Shown here piece by piece: positions 26,379 through 35,086 of a DNA stretch of 51,271 nucleotides. How positions within the stretch are numbered: position 1 is the stretch's first letter; every line of letters starts with the position of its first letter. The stretch is from Alphaproteobacteria bacterium CG_4_10_14_0_8_um_filter_53_9 (GTDB lineage: Bacteria; Pseudomonadota; Alphaproteobacteria; UBA2136; UBA6156), in NCBI GenBank assembly GCA_002791805.1, contig PFND01000048.1, forward strand, positions 1 through 51,271. Direction: 5' to 3'. The translations under genes and the position numbers were made by a program. The notes under the pieces are model-generated. The model saw only the letters and a program-made list of their open reading frames with translations, searched no databases and was not told where the DNA came from.

Positions 26379-27836
26379 ATGGCCGGAAAAAACGACCAGA
26401 AACGCACGAAAAGTGCCTCGCCACGTCGGGGAGCCAGGGGGCGCTTTGTGAAGAAGGATTCATCTGCCAAGAAAATGGCTGAGGCTCAAAAAATACAGCG
26501 TAATATTCCGTCTGCACTGTCCGCGCCGCTTTTACAAAACAGCCCTGCCGAGCGACTTGCCGGCCGCATAGATGATGTTGTGGAGTTGAAAGGTGATGTG
26601 GCGCTGGAGCGCCGGAGTTTTGCAAGCCGCTTGAAGCGCGCGACGTCTCATGAGCGATGGGCTTTGCACCACTGGTTTGAAAAGGCTCGGGCATGGTGGT
26701 GGCAGCGTACGGCAGGTGTTCAGCCTGTTGTTGACCCTTCATCCCTGAGTGATGTGAGAAGCGGCGTGATGCATGAGCTGGAGCATTTGCGCACAACGAC
26801 GCGAAGTACGGTGACGCATGCACCTTTTGACAATCCTTTCTCTCGGATGATGCTGCCGCCGATTAAGCGCCCACGCCGTCTCCCTGCGGGTTGGATTGTC
26901 TTTGGTGTTCTGGTGCTTGGGTTGCTTACGGCTTTATGGTGGCTTGGGCGTTCTCCTGTTGGGCCCGCACACATTGTTCATCAGACCCTGACAGCCTTAG
27001 AACAGGGGGATACACAGAAGCTGGATAACTATGTGGATGTAGACAGTGTGGCGGTGAGCCTTGTGGACTACGTTCTGGAACAATCTCAGCCTGATTTGAG
27101 CCCGTTACCTGATGTCTTTCAATCGCGGTTTCATCATGGCTTGAAGGCCCGTATGGAGGCTTTTGTGAAGCCTGGCATGGCGCTGCGTATGGCAGAACAT
27201 ATAAGAATGCTTGTTGCCGAAAAGCGTGTGCCGACAGTGGGGCAGGATGGCCTTGTGGGACAGCTTTGGACCGATGTGCTGGGAGATGCCTTTTCATCAA
27301 ACATCTTACATGTTGGCCGCGCGGAAAAACTTACGCCAACGATTGCGGCGGTTCCTCTTACCCTTGTTGAGGATGCCTCTGTGCCACCTTTGTGGATAGA
27401 AGTTGATTCCCTCGATAATCATTGGAGAATAGTAGGTTTTACAAATTTAGCCGATGTGGTGAATACTCAGAACGCCTTGGCTTATCAAAATGTGCCGCCG
27501 CTTGTTGAGATTGTGACAGAGCTTCCGAAGCCTGAGATCTCTGTGGGCGCTATTACGAAAGCAAAGGCGGAAGAAGGTGTTATTCTTCTTTCTGCTGATA
27601 TTTCTCATGTGGGGGGAGGGCGTACACCTGTGAATATGCCTCTGATAGCCACTTTTGCCGATGCGGCGGGCGTACCTCTGTTTGTTAAAACCATCATGCT
27701 CCCTGATGTTTTGGAAGTTGGGCAGACGCGTACCTATACGTGGCGTTTGCTGATTGATGTCTCTGATACGAAAGCCGGTTATGCCTATATGCTGCCACAA
27801 AGTGCTATGCGGGTAACTTTGGAGCCGTTGTTTTAG
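26379..27836 (+). CDS. Hypothetical membrane-anchored protein (basic N-terminus, one TM)
   Basis: Long ORF with TM segment WIVFGVLVLGLLTALWWL. SD is GGGGAAG. Confidence 0.6.
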   Translation: MAGKNDQKRTKSASPRRGARGRFVKKDSSAKKMAEAQKIQRNIPSALSAPLLQNSPAERLAGRIDDVVELKGDVALERRSFASRLKRATSHERWALHHWFEKARAWWWQRTAGVQPVVDPSSLSDVRSGVMHELEHLRTTTRSTVTHAPFDNPFSRMMLPPIKRPRRLPAGWIVFGVLVLGLLTALWWLGRSPVGPAHIVHQTLTALEQGDTQKLDNYVDVDSVAVSLVDYVLEQSQPDLSPLPDVFQSRFHHGLKARMEAFVKPGMALRMAEHIRMLVAEKRVPTVGQDGLVGQLWTDVLGDAFSSNILHVGRAEKLTPTIAAVPLTLVEDASVPPLWIEVDSLDNHWRIVGFTNLADVVNTQNALAYQNVPPLVEIVTELPKPEISVGAITKAKAEEGVILLSADISHVGGGRTPVNMPLIATFADAAGVPLFVKTIMLPDVLEVGQTRTYTWRLLIDVSDTKAGYAYMLPQSAMRVTLEPLF

Positions 27837-27885
27837 GGAGGGTTCGGTTTTTTATAGGGCTTAATAGAACAGGTGACAGAGGGCA

Positions 27886-27909
27886 GGGGGCTTGTGGCCC
27901 CCTTTTTTA
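27886..27909 (+). terminator. Intrinsic terminator
   Basis: GGGGGC, loop TTGTG, GCCCCC, then a T6 run. Confidence 0.8.
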
Positions 27910-27925
27910 TTAACTTAGGGTGGGG

Positions 27926-28938
27926 CTAGTACACCAGGCCTGTACGGGCAAAAACCTGATGACGTTGGCAGTTTGTTGTCTCGTGAGAGGAGTCTCGGAG
28001 CTGATACCGGTAATCTGTCGCGACATACCAGCGCGGTGTTATAAAATAGCGCAAGCCTGTACTGGCATCATAATCTGCATCTGTGCGGCTGCTTTCCTGA
28101 AAATCCGAGTGTCCGTAAGACAGCCGTAACGACGCCATGAGATCCTTGTTTAAATCATGTTCCAGCGTTGCGCCTACAGAGGTATAAAGATAGCCAGATG
28201 ACCCTATGAGGGGTTGTCTCCGCAATGGAACGATCCAGATAGGTGGAGAGGCGTGTGGACGGTGAGAGGTTGTAATTGAGCACCGCATCTGCCGCCAGAG
28301 CATTGAGGGTATTGAAACGGCTGTCATCATAATCCTGCCTCATTATCCCTATATTCACTTCTCCGCTCACTTTATTTTTTTTTGCCCTTAAAGCGTGTTC
28401 CTGCTGTAGCGCGCCCCCCTTTGGATGAGCGTCGGTAACTAAAATCATCAGTCTGAGCATCGTAGTTGCGGACGTCTCCTACAATTTGGAGCTGAGGGGT
28501 GAGGATTTCTCTCCAATCATAGGAAGATTTGACACCAAAGGTTATGTGGTTGCGATCGCGGTCGCTGTTGTTAATCATCCCTGCAGATGTCGCTGTTGCA
28601 TCAAAGGTTGATCTTTCGAGCGTTGCCCCGATATTGTGATTAAAGCGCCCCTGTTCATGACGGCTGCCAAGGTATGTTTTTATCTCTTGATAGGTGGTGG
28701 GTTTAAATCCGTTGGCGCTATCCGGAGACTCTCTATCTTCATGTGCCTGACGATACAGGGCGCCACCCACGAGTTGTGTGGAGGCTGTTAAAACTTTGCT
28801 GGCCTCTGTGCTTAGCCAGTAATTTAGGGCATTTTCTTTTCCGTGCTCCAGGTAAGATGAACTATCTAAATGTGCTTCTAGCCCCAATCTGCCGCCCTTA
28901 TCTCCTTTTGCCTGTGCAAAAACGTGAGGAGACTGCTC
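27926..28938 (-). pseudogene. Outer-membrane beta-barrel protein pseudogene (two frameshifts, 5' end missing)
   Basis: Three consecutive ORF pieces (28887..28372, 28460..28155, 28330..27926) read as one beta-barrel ending ...ARTGLVY. The frame breaks at an A9 run (28375..28383) and near 28205..28215. No start codon or signal-peptide N-region remains; only ...SPHVFAQA/KGD is left, abutting the upstream stop. Confidence 0.7.
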
Positions 28939-29391
28939 TTAATCTTCGCTTGGGTGCATGCGACTTAAATCATCCTTTAATTTGGTGAGAATGACCTCTA
29001 TAGTTTCCTGTACAAGACTTTGTGGGTATGTGGTGAAGACACATTCTTCTACTGTTTTAGGGAGAGATTGCCTTAGCTTCCCCAGCATTGCTGGAGGCGC
29101 TGCTAGAAAAAGTCTGTCTTCTGGATGAAGGTGCCGCGCGAGGAGTTTACCCAAATCTGAGGCAAATAACTCTGTTTCTTTTTGGTGTTGTTCGTTTTTT
29201 TCATGTGCTGCCGCGCGGTGCTCTCCCCCAGGAGAAAAGACTCGTCCGGGCTTATCGTCGCCCCCTTGCCCTTCGGTCAGGCGGCTCTCTGGGTGGACGG
29301 TGTCTTCAACCTCGTGGAGATTGCCGGGGTTTGTCATCTCAAATAACCTCGCCCGCGCGCTATCTGCGTTGAAAATCCACGTCTTTTTCAT
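28939..29391 (-). CDS. Host-attachment protein family (baeRF-like)
   Basis: The MKKTWIFNADSARARLFE... N-terminus and ~150 aa length are typical of this family as I recall it. Confidence 0.65.
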   Translation of the reverse strand: MKKTWIFNADSARARLFEMTNPGNLHEVEDTVHPESRLTEGQGGDDKPGRVFSPGGEHRAAAHEKNEQHQKETELFASDLGKLLARHLHPEDRLFLAAPPAMLGKLRQSLPKTVEECVFTTYPQSLVQETIEVILTKLKDDLSRMHPSED

Positions 29392-29510
29392 GTTTTAAAT
29401 CCCTTGTTTTCGGGCGGGAGTATGAGCTAGTAAGCTCAAAAACTTCCTTGATATAAATCAGGATTTAAAAAATAAAAACAAGTGTTGTCATGTTTTTCTC
29501 AGGAAGGAAT

Positions 29511-29549
29511 TGCATCAAAAAGCCCCCACGTAGCGGGCTTTTTGATGCA
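29511..29549. terminator. Perfect 15-bp-arm inverted repeat (bidirectional terminator-like)
   Basis: TGCATCAAAAAGCCC, 9-nt loop, GGGCTTTTTGATGCA. Confidence 0.6.
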
Positions 29550-29702
29550 GGGAATCTTTGTGCATACTTGAATTTTATGGTGGTGAAAGAAGTTCTAGCC
29601 GAAGCTGTCTTTCCAGCGGAAGGTTAAGGCAAATCGGCAAAAATCTTCTCAGCCTCCTACATCACTGCCAGCACCACAGGCCAAACCGTCCAATCCTAAA
29701 TT

Positions 29703-29760
29703 AAAACCATGGCGGTGCAGTAAGTTCCGGTAGCAAAGCTCTCGTGTGTTCTGCGCACGA
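29703..29760 (-). repeat. Repeat copy a (R segment plus CATGGCGG junction), directly after the tauE-like stop
   Basis: AAAACCATGGCGGTGCAGTAAGTTCCGGTAGC...TTCTGCGC aligns with 33182..33240. Confidence 0.6.
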
Positions 29761-29768
29761 GGTTTTCA

Positions 29769-30551
29769 TCAGGCTTGCATTAAATGGCTTATCGTCATCC
29801 AAGCACCCACCAAAATGATAAAGACGGCAAAAAGCTTCTGAAGAAGGGCCTTGTTTTTACCGTGTAAATACTCCCCAAGCTTGTGGCCGATACGGCCACC
29901 GAAGAAACCGCTTAGCAGCAATATCCCGGCCACAACCCATTGCACTTCGCCCGCCAGCGCGTAGGTTAGGGCTGCTCCCATACCTAACGTACCAACTCCA
30001 ACCAATGAAGTCCCCATGACTTTGCGGACATCCATCCCCGTGGCCCATAACAGAGCAGGCACCACCATAAAACCTCCACCAATCCCAAAAAAACCGGCTA
30101 ATCCACCAACACCTGCGCCTGCCAAAAATGTTTTTGTGTCCGATACTTTGATTTGCTCGTCACGCGTAGGTGGCTTTCTTCCCCACATCCATCCTCCTAC
30201 ACTTAAGGTTAAAAGGCCAAAAGCAATCATCAACCATGGGCCGGGTGTAAGCAGTCCAATAGATGCACCGCCGCTGGCAGCAACGCCTCCAATGGCCGAA
30301 AAAATCAGTGCAGGATGCCACACTACGTTGCCATGGCGGGCGTGGGTAAAGGCGTTGAGATACGCATTTAACGCCACGGCCATCGTACTGGTACCAATAG
30401 CCATATGAGGTGACGTAATACCTCCCATATGCAGCAGCATGGGCACTGCCAGGAGCGAGCCTCCCCCGCCCAGTAAACCCAACAAAAATCCGATAAGGCT
30501 GCCACCCAGAAGAATAAGCAAGAGATCAGGAGGGAAAACAAGCCATTCCAT
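29769..30551 (-). CDS. TauE/SafE (TSUP) family anion/sulfite exporter
   Basis: Gly-rich hydrophobic protein with about 8 TM segments and the internal duplication typical of DUF81/TSUP. Confidence 0.75.
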   Translation of the reverse strand: MEWLVFPPDLLLILLGGSLIGFLLGLLGGGGSLLAVPMLLHMGGITSPHMAIGTSTMAVALNAYLNAFTHARHGNVVWHPALIFSAIGGVAASGGASIGLLTPGPWLMIAFGLLTLSVGGWMWGRKPPTRDEQIKVSDTKTFLAGAGVGGLAGFFGIGGGFMVVPALLWATGMDVRKVMGTSLVGVGTLGMGAALTYALAGEVQWVVAGILLLSGFFGGRIGHKLGEYLHGKNKALLQKLFAVFIILVGAWMTISHLMQA

Positions 30552-30554
30552 CAG

Positions 30555-30980
30555 CTAGGATGCCGTTGCAGTAAGTTCAGCATGTAAAGCAGAAACGTCA
30601 CAGCCGGCTTGCTCGGCAGCCTGCAAAATGTCATCCATACTTTGTTGGCCGTGTTGAGCATGAGCCCAAATACGCGTCGAACGTGCTCCGCTGCGGCAAA
30701 AAGCCAGTACAGGTTGGGGTAGAGAAACCAAAGCGTGCTGCATGGTCTTAATCTGGGAAGAGCTAATCGGGCCAGAGACAGGAAGATAAAGATATTTCAA
30801 TCCGGCATCTTGCGCCGCTTGGGCCAACAATTCATGTTTGGGCTGGTCTGCTTCTTCATCATCAGGCCGGTTGTTGATAATACTTTGGTACCCAAGCTGT
30901 TTAGCTTTGGCCAAGTCTGAAGGCTGGAGTTGGCCGAGTACGGCATAGGTATCTGTGACGCGGCGGGGAGAAAACGTCAT
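30555..30980 (-). CDS. DUF442/TIGR01244-type sulfurtransferase/phosphatase-like domain protein
   Basis: GQLQPSDLAKAKQLGYQSIINNRPD...AFCRSGARS (CxxxxxR-like loop). Confidence 0.65.
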   Translation of the reverse strand: MTFSPRRVTDTYAVLGQLQPSDLAKAKQLGYQSIINNRPDDEEADQPKHELLAQAAQDAGLKYLYLPVSGPISSSQIKTMQHALVSLPQPVLAFCRSGARSTRIWAHAQHGQQSMDDILQAAEQAGCDVSALHAELTATAS

Positions 30981-30991
30981 GGGGTGTACTC

Positions 30992-31861
30992 CTAAAGTGT
31001 GTTGATGGGGATTTTAAGGTAGCTGGTGCCGTTGTCTTCCGGCTCGGGCAGATGGCCGGCCCGGATATTAACCTGTACCGAGGGCAGAATTAAGCGCGGC
31101 ATGCCAAGCTTAGCGTCTCGTGCCGTGCGCATGGCCACAAATTCATCCTCGATCACACCTTCATGCAAGTGGATGTTATGGGCCTTTTGCTCGGCAACCG
31201 TGGTTTCCCACTGGTGGGTTGTACGGCCTTCGGGCAGATAATCGTGACACATAAAAAGTCGCGTCTCCGGCGGCAGGGCAAAGAGTTTTTGAACCGATTG
31301 ATAAAGCACGCGGGCATCCCCACCAGGAAAATCGCATCGGGCACTGCCATAATCGGGCATAAAAAGGGTATCTCCCACAAACGCGGCATCGCCAATCACA
31401 TAGGTTAGGCAGGCGGGGGTATGGCCGGGGGTGTGCAGTACATGCGCCTCAAGACTTCCTATTTTAAAGGCATCTCCTTCTTCAAAAAGCTGGTCAAACT
31501 GGTTGCCATCACGCTGAAACTCGGTCCCGGCATTGAAGATTTTGCCAAACACGTTCTGCACTACCGTAATATTTTCTCCAATGGCCAATGTGCCGCCTAA
31601 TTTCTCTTGCAAGTACGGTGCTGCCGAGAGGTGGTCTGCATGGGCATGAGTTTCCAGTATCCATTCCACGGTAAAACCTTTTGCTTTTATATACGCAATA
31701 ATCTCATCGGCAGAATTGGCCTGAGTACGTCCGGCGTCGGGATTATAATCCAAAACGCTGTCTATGACTGCACACACCTTGGTGGCGGGGTCGTTTACCA
31801 CATAGCTAACCGTATTCGTGTCGTGATCGAAGAAAGCTTTGACGTGGGGATGTTGGGTCAT
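30992..31861 (-). CDS. MBL-fold persulfide dioxygenase-like hydrolase (Blh/ETHE1-like)
   Basis: HAHADH metal motif. Its context is the ArsR-type regulator, YeeE/YedE and TauE genes. Confidence 0.75.
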   Translation of the reverse strand: MTQHPHVKAFFDHDTNTVSYVVNDPATKVCAVIDSVLDYNPDAGRTQANSADEIIAYIKAKGFTVEWILETHAHADHLSAAPYLQEKLGGTLAIGENITVVQNVFGKIFNAGTEFQRDGNQFDQLFEEGDAFKIGSLEAHVLHTPGHTPACLTYVIGDAAFVGDTLFMPDYGSARCDFPGGDARVLYQSVQKLFALPPETRLFMCHDYLPEGRTTHQWETTVAEQKAHNIHLHEGVIEDEFVAMRTARDAKLGMPRLILPSVQVNIRAGHLPEPEDNGTSYLKIPINTL

Positions 31862-32310
31862 GATTTTTTCTTTCGGTTATTGAACAGTTTGCCTGATGCC
31901 ATACCACCTATCATAGCGGCGGTAAAAGCCAGTGTATGTAACGTGGGGTTCACTAAGCTTGCCAACGCGGGGCCGGGGCAATATCCGGCCAACCCCCAGC
32001 CAATGCCAAAAAGCGCAGCACCACCGAGAAGCGGCATATCCAGTGCCGTCACTTTAGGGAGCTGAAAGGATGTGGCAAAAATCGGCCGTTTGCATCGCCA
32101 CACCAGCCGATAACCGATAAAAGTCGTCACGACGGCTCCACCTAGTACGAATGCCAAGGTCGGGTCCCATGTACCGGTGGTCATCGCCGCAATATCTAAA
32201 AACCCAAGCACCTTGCTAGGTTGTGTCATGCCAGAGAGCACCAAACCCGCACCAAACAGAAAACCGGAGGTGCCTATGCCTACTAGATAAAAAATAGGTT
32301 TAGAAGCCAT
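31858..32310 (-). CDS. YeeE/YedE family sulfur-compound transporter, half 2
   Basis: Hydrophobic protein with a GxxxG-rich pattern. It has a 4-nt overlap with the downstream gene. Confidence 0.65.
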   Translation of the reverse strand: MASKPIFYLVGIGTSGFLFGAGLVLSGMTQPSKVLGFLDIAAMTTGTWDPTLAFVLGGAVVTTFIGYRLVWRCKRPIFATSFQLPKVTALDMPLLGGAALFGIGWGLAGYCPGPALASLVNPTLHTLAFTAAMIGGMASGKLFNNRKKKS

Positions 32311-32710
32311 GACGCACCACCCAAACCGTAACCATGGCCGTCGCCATAAACACGATTACCGCCGCGAACGATCGCCCGGAGAGCCGCGCCAACCCGCACA
32401 CCCCATGGCCGCTGGTGCAGCCATTGCCTACTGTAGAGCCAAACCCTACGAGTAGGCCCGCTGCCGCCAGCCAAAAACCTTGCACAGGAGAAGCCTCAAG
32501 ATGATGGGGTAAAGGCACTGCTATTAGGACAGCTCCGAGCAAAAGACCAGCCACAAACACACCGCGCCATAAAGTATCTCCCCTCATCGGCATCAATAAC
32601 CCACTGGCAATGCCGCTGATACCGGCTATCCGCCCCGCTACAAGCATCATGGTTACGGCGGCTAAACCAATCAGGACACCCCCAGCTAAGCCCATTAAGA
32701 GTTCCATCAA
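32300..32710 (-). CDS. YeeE/YedE family sulfur-compound transporter, half 1
   Basis: The GNGCTSGHGVCGLARLS motif is characteristic of YeeE/YedE. Confidence 0.7.
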   Translation of the reverse strand: MMELLMGLAGGVLIGLAAVTMMLVAGRIAGISGIASGLLMPMRGDTLWRGVFVAGLLLGAVLIAVPLPHHLEASPVQGFWLAAAGLLVGFGSTVGNGCTSGHGVCGLARLSGRSFAAVIVFMATAMVTVWVVRHGF

Positions 32711-33022
32711 TTAGTACCCGTTCTTTTTTGTTTCAGTGCAAAAGCGCTCATATAAAAAGGTCATAATAGCTTGCGTATCAGCGTCGGTGAGGTGGTAAAA
32801 CGCCATTTGGCCTTCACGTCGAGCATCCACAACCCCATCCTTTCGTAGGAGCATGAGTTGTTGAGAGACCGCAGCATCCCGCATACCTGTTATACGGGCC
32901 AAATCGCCAACAGATCGCTCGCCTCCTGCCATATGGCAAAGCAGAACAAGTCGCTTGGGGTGGCTGAGAGCCTTTAGTTTCTCAGCCACCTGTGGAGCAA
33001 TTTGAATAATATTCTGCGTCAT
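32711..33022 (-). CDS. bigR: ArsR/SmtB-family repressor, BigR-like (two Cys)
   Basis: wHTH segment LSHPKRLVLLCHMAGGERSVGDLARITGMRDAAVSQQLMLLRKDGVV, with Cys in LLCH and in ERFCTE. It heads the sulfide-detox operon. Confidence 0.7.
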   Translation of the reverse strand: MTQNIIQIAPQVAEKLKALSHPKRLVLLCHMAGGERSVGDLARITGMRDAAVSQQLMLLRKDGVVDARREGQMAFYHLTDADTQAIMTFLYERFCTETKKNGY

Positions 33023-33029
33023 ACATTCA

Positions 33030-33057
33030 AATATATGAAGATATGAATATATGTCAA
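33030..33057 (-). promoter_or_regulatory. bigR operon promoter, leaderless configuration, embedded in AT-rich ATATGAA repeats
   Basis: On the minus strand TTGACA (33057..33052), 16-nt spacer, TATATT (33035..33030), then 7 nt to the ATG at 33022. There is no SD. Confidence 0.5.
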
Positions 33058-33123
33058 TCTATAAGTACTCTTTATTAACTTGGATATTCTACTATTTTGT
33101 CTTCATCAAGGGCTACTAAAATC

Positions 33124-33250
33124 AAAAAGCCCGCAGTCCGCGGGCTTTCTTGTGAGTACAGAGTAAAAATCTCAGCACTTTAAAACTTCATGGCGGTGCG
33201 GGAAGTTCTGGCAGCGCATGTCTGCGCTCTACGCCCACTCTTCGCAGCAT
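33124..33250 (-). repeat. Repeat copy b: mosaic of the tRNA-Ser 3' flank (hairpin plus 60 nt plus junction) and the R segment
   Basis: 33124..33196 aligns with 36625..36697, with identical 60-nt spacing between AAAAAGCCCGC and AACTTCATGGCGG. 33182..33240 aligns with 29703..29760. Confidence 0.65.
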
Positions 33251-33262
33251 TCATGGAGCTAT

Positions 33263-33892
33263 TTATTTCTTGGTTCGAGAGCCTAGATTGTTTGTCACAA
33301 ATCCATCTGGCCGACTGCGATAATGTTCGTATACACGTCCGTTTTTACGATCATAAGCATGAACAAATACGTTACCACCAGACGTTGATTGTTGGGCAGA
33401 CAGTTTCTTCGTTTGGGTAGGTTTATTATAGTAATCAGCAATAGAGGCTTGAGCTTTTTGCTTTGATGTCTCAAATGTTTGATATTCAGGAATAATATAG
33501 GGATTCTGTTGTTCCTGCTCTTTCGTCACATCCTCCGGACTTAAAATAACACGTCCCTCGTCCATAGCTTTTTTGACATCGTCGGCGATTTGATCATCAG
33601 ACCAATTTCCTGCACTCGCTTTTTGACCAATCTCCCTTCCCACTGCATTATTACTTTCATCCATATATCTCTCATTAGACGGGTTGGGATGCTGTATCTC
33701 GTTAGCCGTGCCGAGTGTGCGGGCCACAGCACTGCCATAGTCGCGGGTGACTTTGGCACTTGTGTAAACATGGCGGAAGGCATCGGCCGAGCCGTTATGA
33801 CCACCTTGTGGAGAAATGCCTCTCTCTGCCCCTTTTGCATAGGCTTCATCGCGCATTTCAGCCAGTTTATCTTTTATACTATACGTATCCAT
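33263..33892 (-). CDS. Hypothetical 209-aa protein with a DAFRH...NE...MDxxNNxVGR motif block
   Basis: Intact ORF with no signal peptide. The motif block is ADAFRHVYTSAKVTRDYG...GTANEIQHP...RYMDESNNAVGREIG. The C-terminal motif is VFVHAYDRKNGRVYEHYRSRP. Confidence 0.6.
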   Translation of the reverse strand: MDTYSIKDKLAEMRDEAYAKGAERGISPQGGHNGSADAFRHVYTSAKVTRDYGSAVARTLGTANEIQHPNPSNERYMDESNNAVGREIGQKASAGNWSDDQIADDVKKAMDEGRVILSPEDVTKEQEQQNPYIIPEYQTFETSKQKAQASIADYYNKPTQTKKLSAQQSTSGGNVFVHAYDRKNGRVYEHYRSRPDGFVTNNLGSRTKK

Positions 33893-33919
33893 TCTTTCTT
33901 TGATCTTTCATTATGTTAT

Positions 33920-33943
33920 AAAAAAACCGCCCCTAGGGCGGTT
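33920..33943 (-). terminator. Intrinsic terminator after the 172-aa gene
   Basis: On the minus strand AACCGCCC, loop TAG, GGGCGGTT, then a T7 run. Confidence 0.75.
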
Positions 33944-33961
33944 GACGTATTGATTTGGGAA

Positions 33962-34480
33962 TTAAGGGGTGACGGGAATCTTGGCTTCAATCCTTTCCTC
34001 AAAAGAAGTGAGCATTGTTTTTCCCCCCCAATCGTAACGCCCGATAGTCACCATCGCCTCACGATTGGATGTGCAAACAATATTATCCTTATCGATCAAA
34101 GCTAGATTTTCCTGTTTTTGAACAAAAGACCTACCATCTGCATCATACAGAACAGCGAAAACCAGATAATCATCCCGCGCCAGCCACGAAGATTTAATTA
34201 AATCGGCCTGCCCTAAAGTATGGTCAAGCTGGCTCTGGCTTATAGGGTTATAATTAGAAGGCACAAGACAGAGACGTGTCCAAGGTTCTGGGAACATCTC
34301 GCGCGCCATGACATGATTGTTATTGGATTGAAGTAGCGCCTCAATTTTTTCAGACACGTTGGTTTCGGCATTTTTTAGATCGGCGAGCCACCATGCCCCC
34401 AAAGAAATTCCTAGAGCTAACAATACGCCTAGGGCAAAGGGTATTTTTTTGTAGGACAAGTTCTTATCTTTCATGAACAC
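33962..34480 (-). CDS. Hypothetical membrane-anchored 172-aa protein
   Basis: N-terminal anchor KKIPFALGVLLALGISLGAWWL. It has its own terminator. Confidence 0.55.
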   Translation of the reverse strand: MFMKDKNLSYKKIPFALGVLLALGISLGAWWLADLKNAETNVSEKIEALLQSNNNHVMAREMFPEPWTRLCLVPSNYNPISQSQLDHTLGQADLIKSSWLARDDYLVFAVLYDADGRSFVQKQENLALIDKDNIVCTSNREAMVTIGRYDWGGKTMLTSFEERIEAKIPVTP

Positions 34481-34650
34481 AGACTATACGTAGGCAAGGA
34501 TTTAGCCAACACCAAACAAAAAAAACCGCCCACTAAGGCGATTATGTGAAAATTGTGGCATAGACTGCGGACTATGTCAAGAAAAACGTACTAAATAGCT
34601 GTATTAATAAGACTTTCGCACAAGGTTTCTAATTCTATCTTTTCAATTGC

Positions 34651-34974
34651 TTAAACTGTGCAAAAGGTATGTGTTTGTTCGACGTGGAATTTAGCTGCTT
34701 TTTGCCGCTCAATATTGCTTGCACTCGTGAGATGAGAGTGATAAAATGCTCTCGACTTGGGATTAAGGCCCAAGTGCAGGATATAGTTCCTTGCAACATC
34801 AAAGATGCACATTGACACCTGTCGCATCAGCAAGTCTGCTGCTCGGGTTGCAATGTATGCACTCAAGGTTCGTCTTGCGCCTCGCAGCAGAAATGCTGAC
34901 GCGACACTAAGGATGAAACCGATGAAGATGTTCATGGCATTATACTCCAGTTGATAAAACTGCGAGAAGGTCAT
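34651..34974 (-). CDS. Hypothetical small protein with an N-terminal TM helix (alternative start at 34935)
   Basis: MNIFIGFILSVASAFLL... from the ATG at 34935. A weak hairpin plus a T8 run lies about 100 nt downstream. Confidence 0.4.
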   Translation of the reverse strand: MTFSQFYQLEYNAMNIFIGFILSVASAFLLRGARRTLSAYIATRAADLLMRQVSMCIFDVARNYILHLGLNPKSRAFYHSHLTSASNIERQKAAKFHVEQTHTFCTV

Positions 34975-35086
34975 GTTCCTTTACGAGGACACAACAAGGA
35001 CGACTTTCATGCTGCTGGTGAGTTCGTGGGGTGGCTTGGCGTAAGCTGAGTTCAAATGTTATGCTTATAATTCCGAATCCAAAAAA

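Noticed and set aside
33190-33250. The R segments of repeat copies a and b as tRNA genes or tRNA 3' halves
   Set aside because: Beyond the terminal CCGCCA, no T-arm (GTTCGAATC-like), acceptor or anticodon helices can be drawn. Similarity to tRNA-Ser stops after 6 nt.
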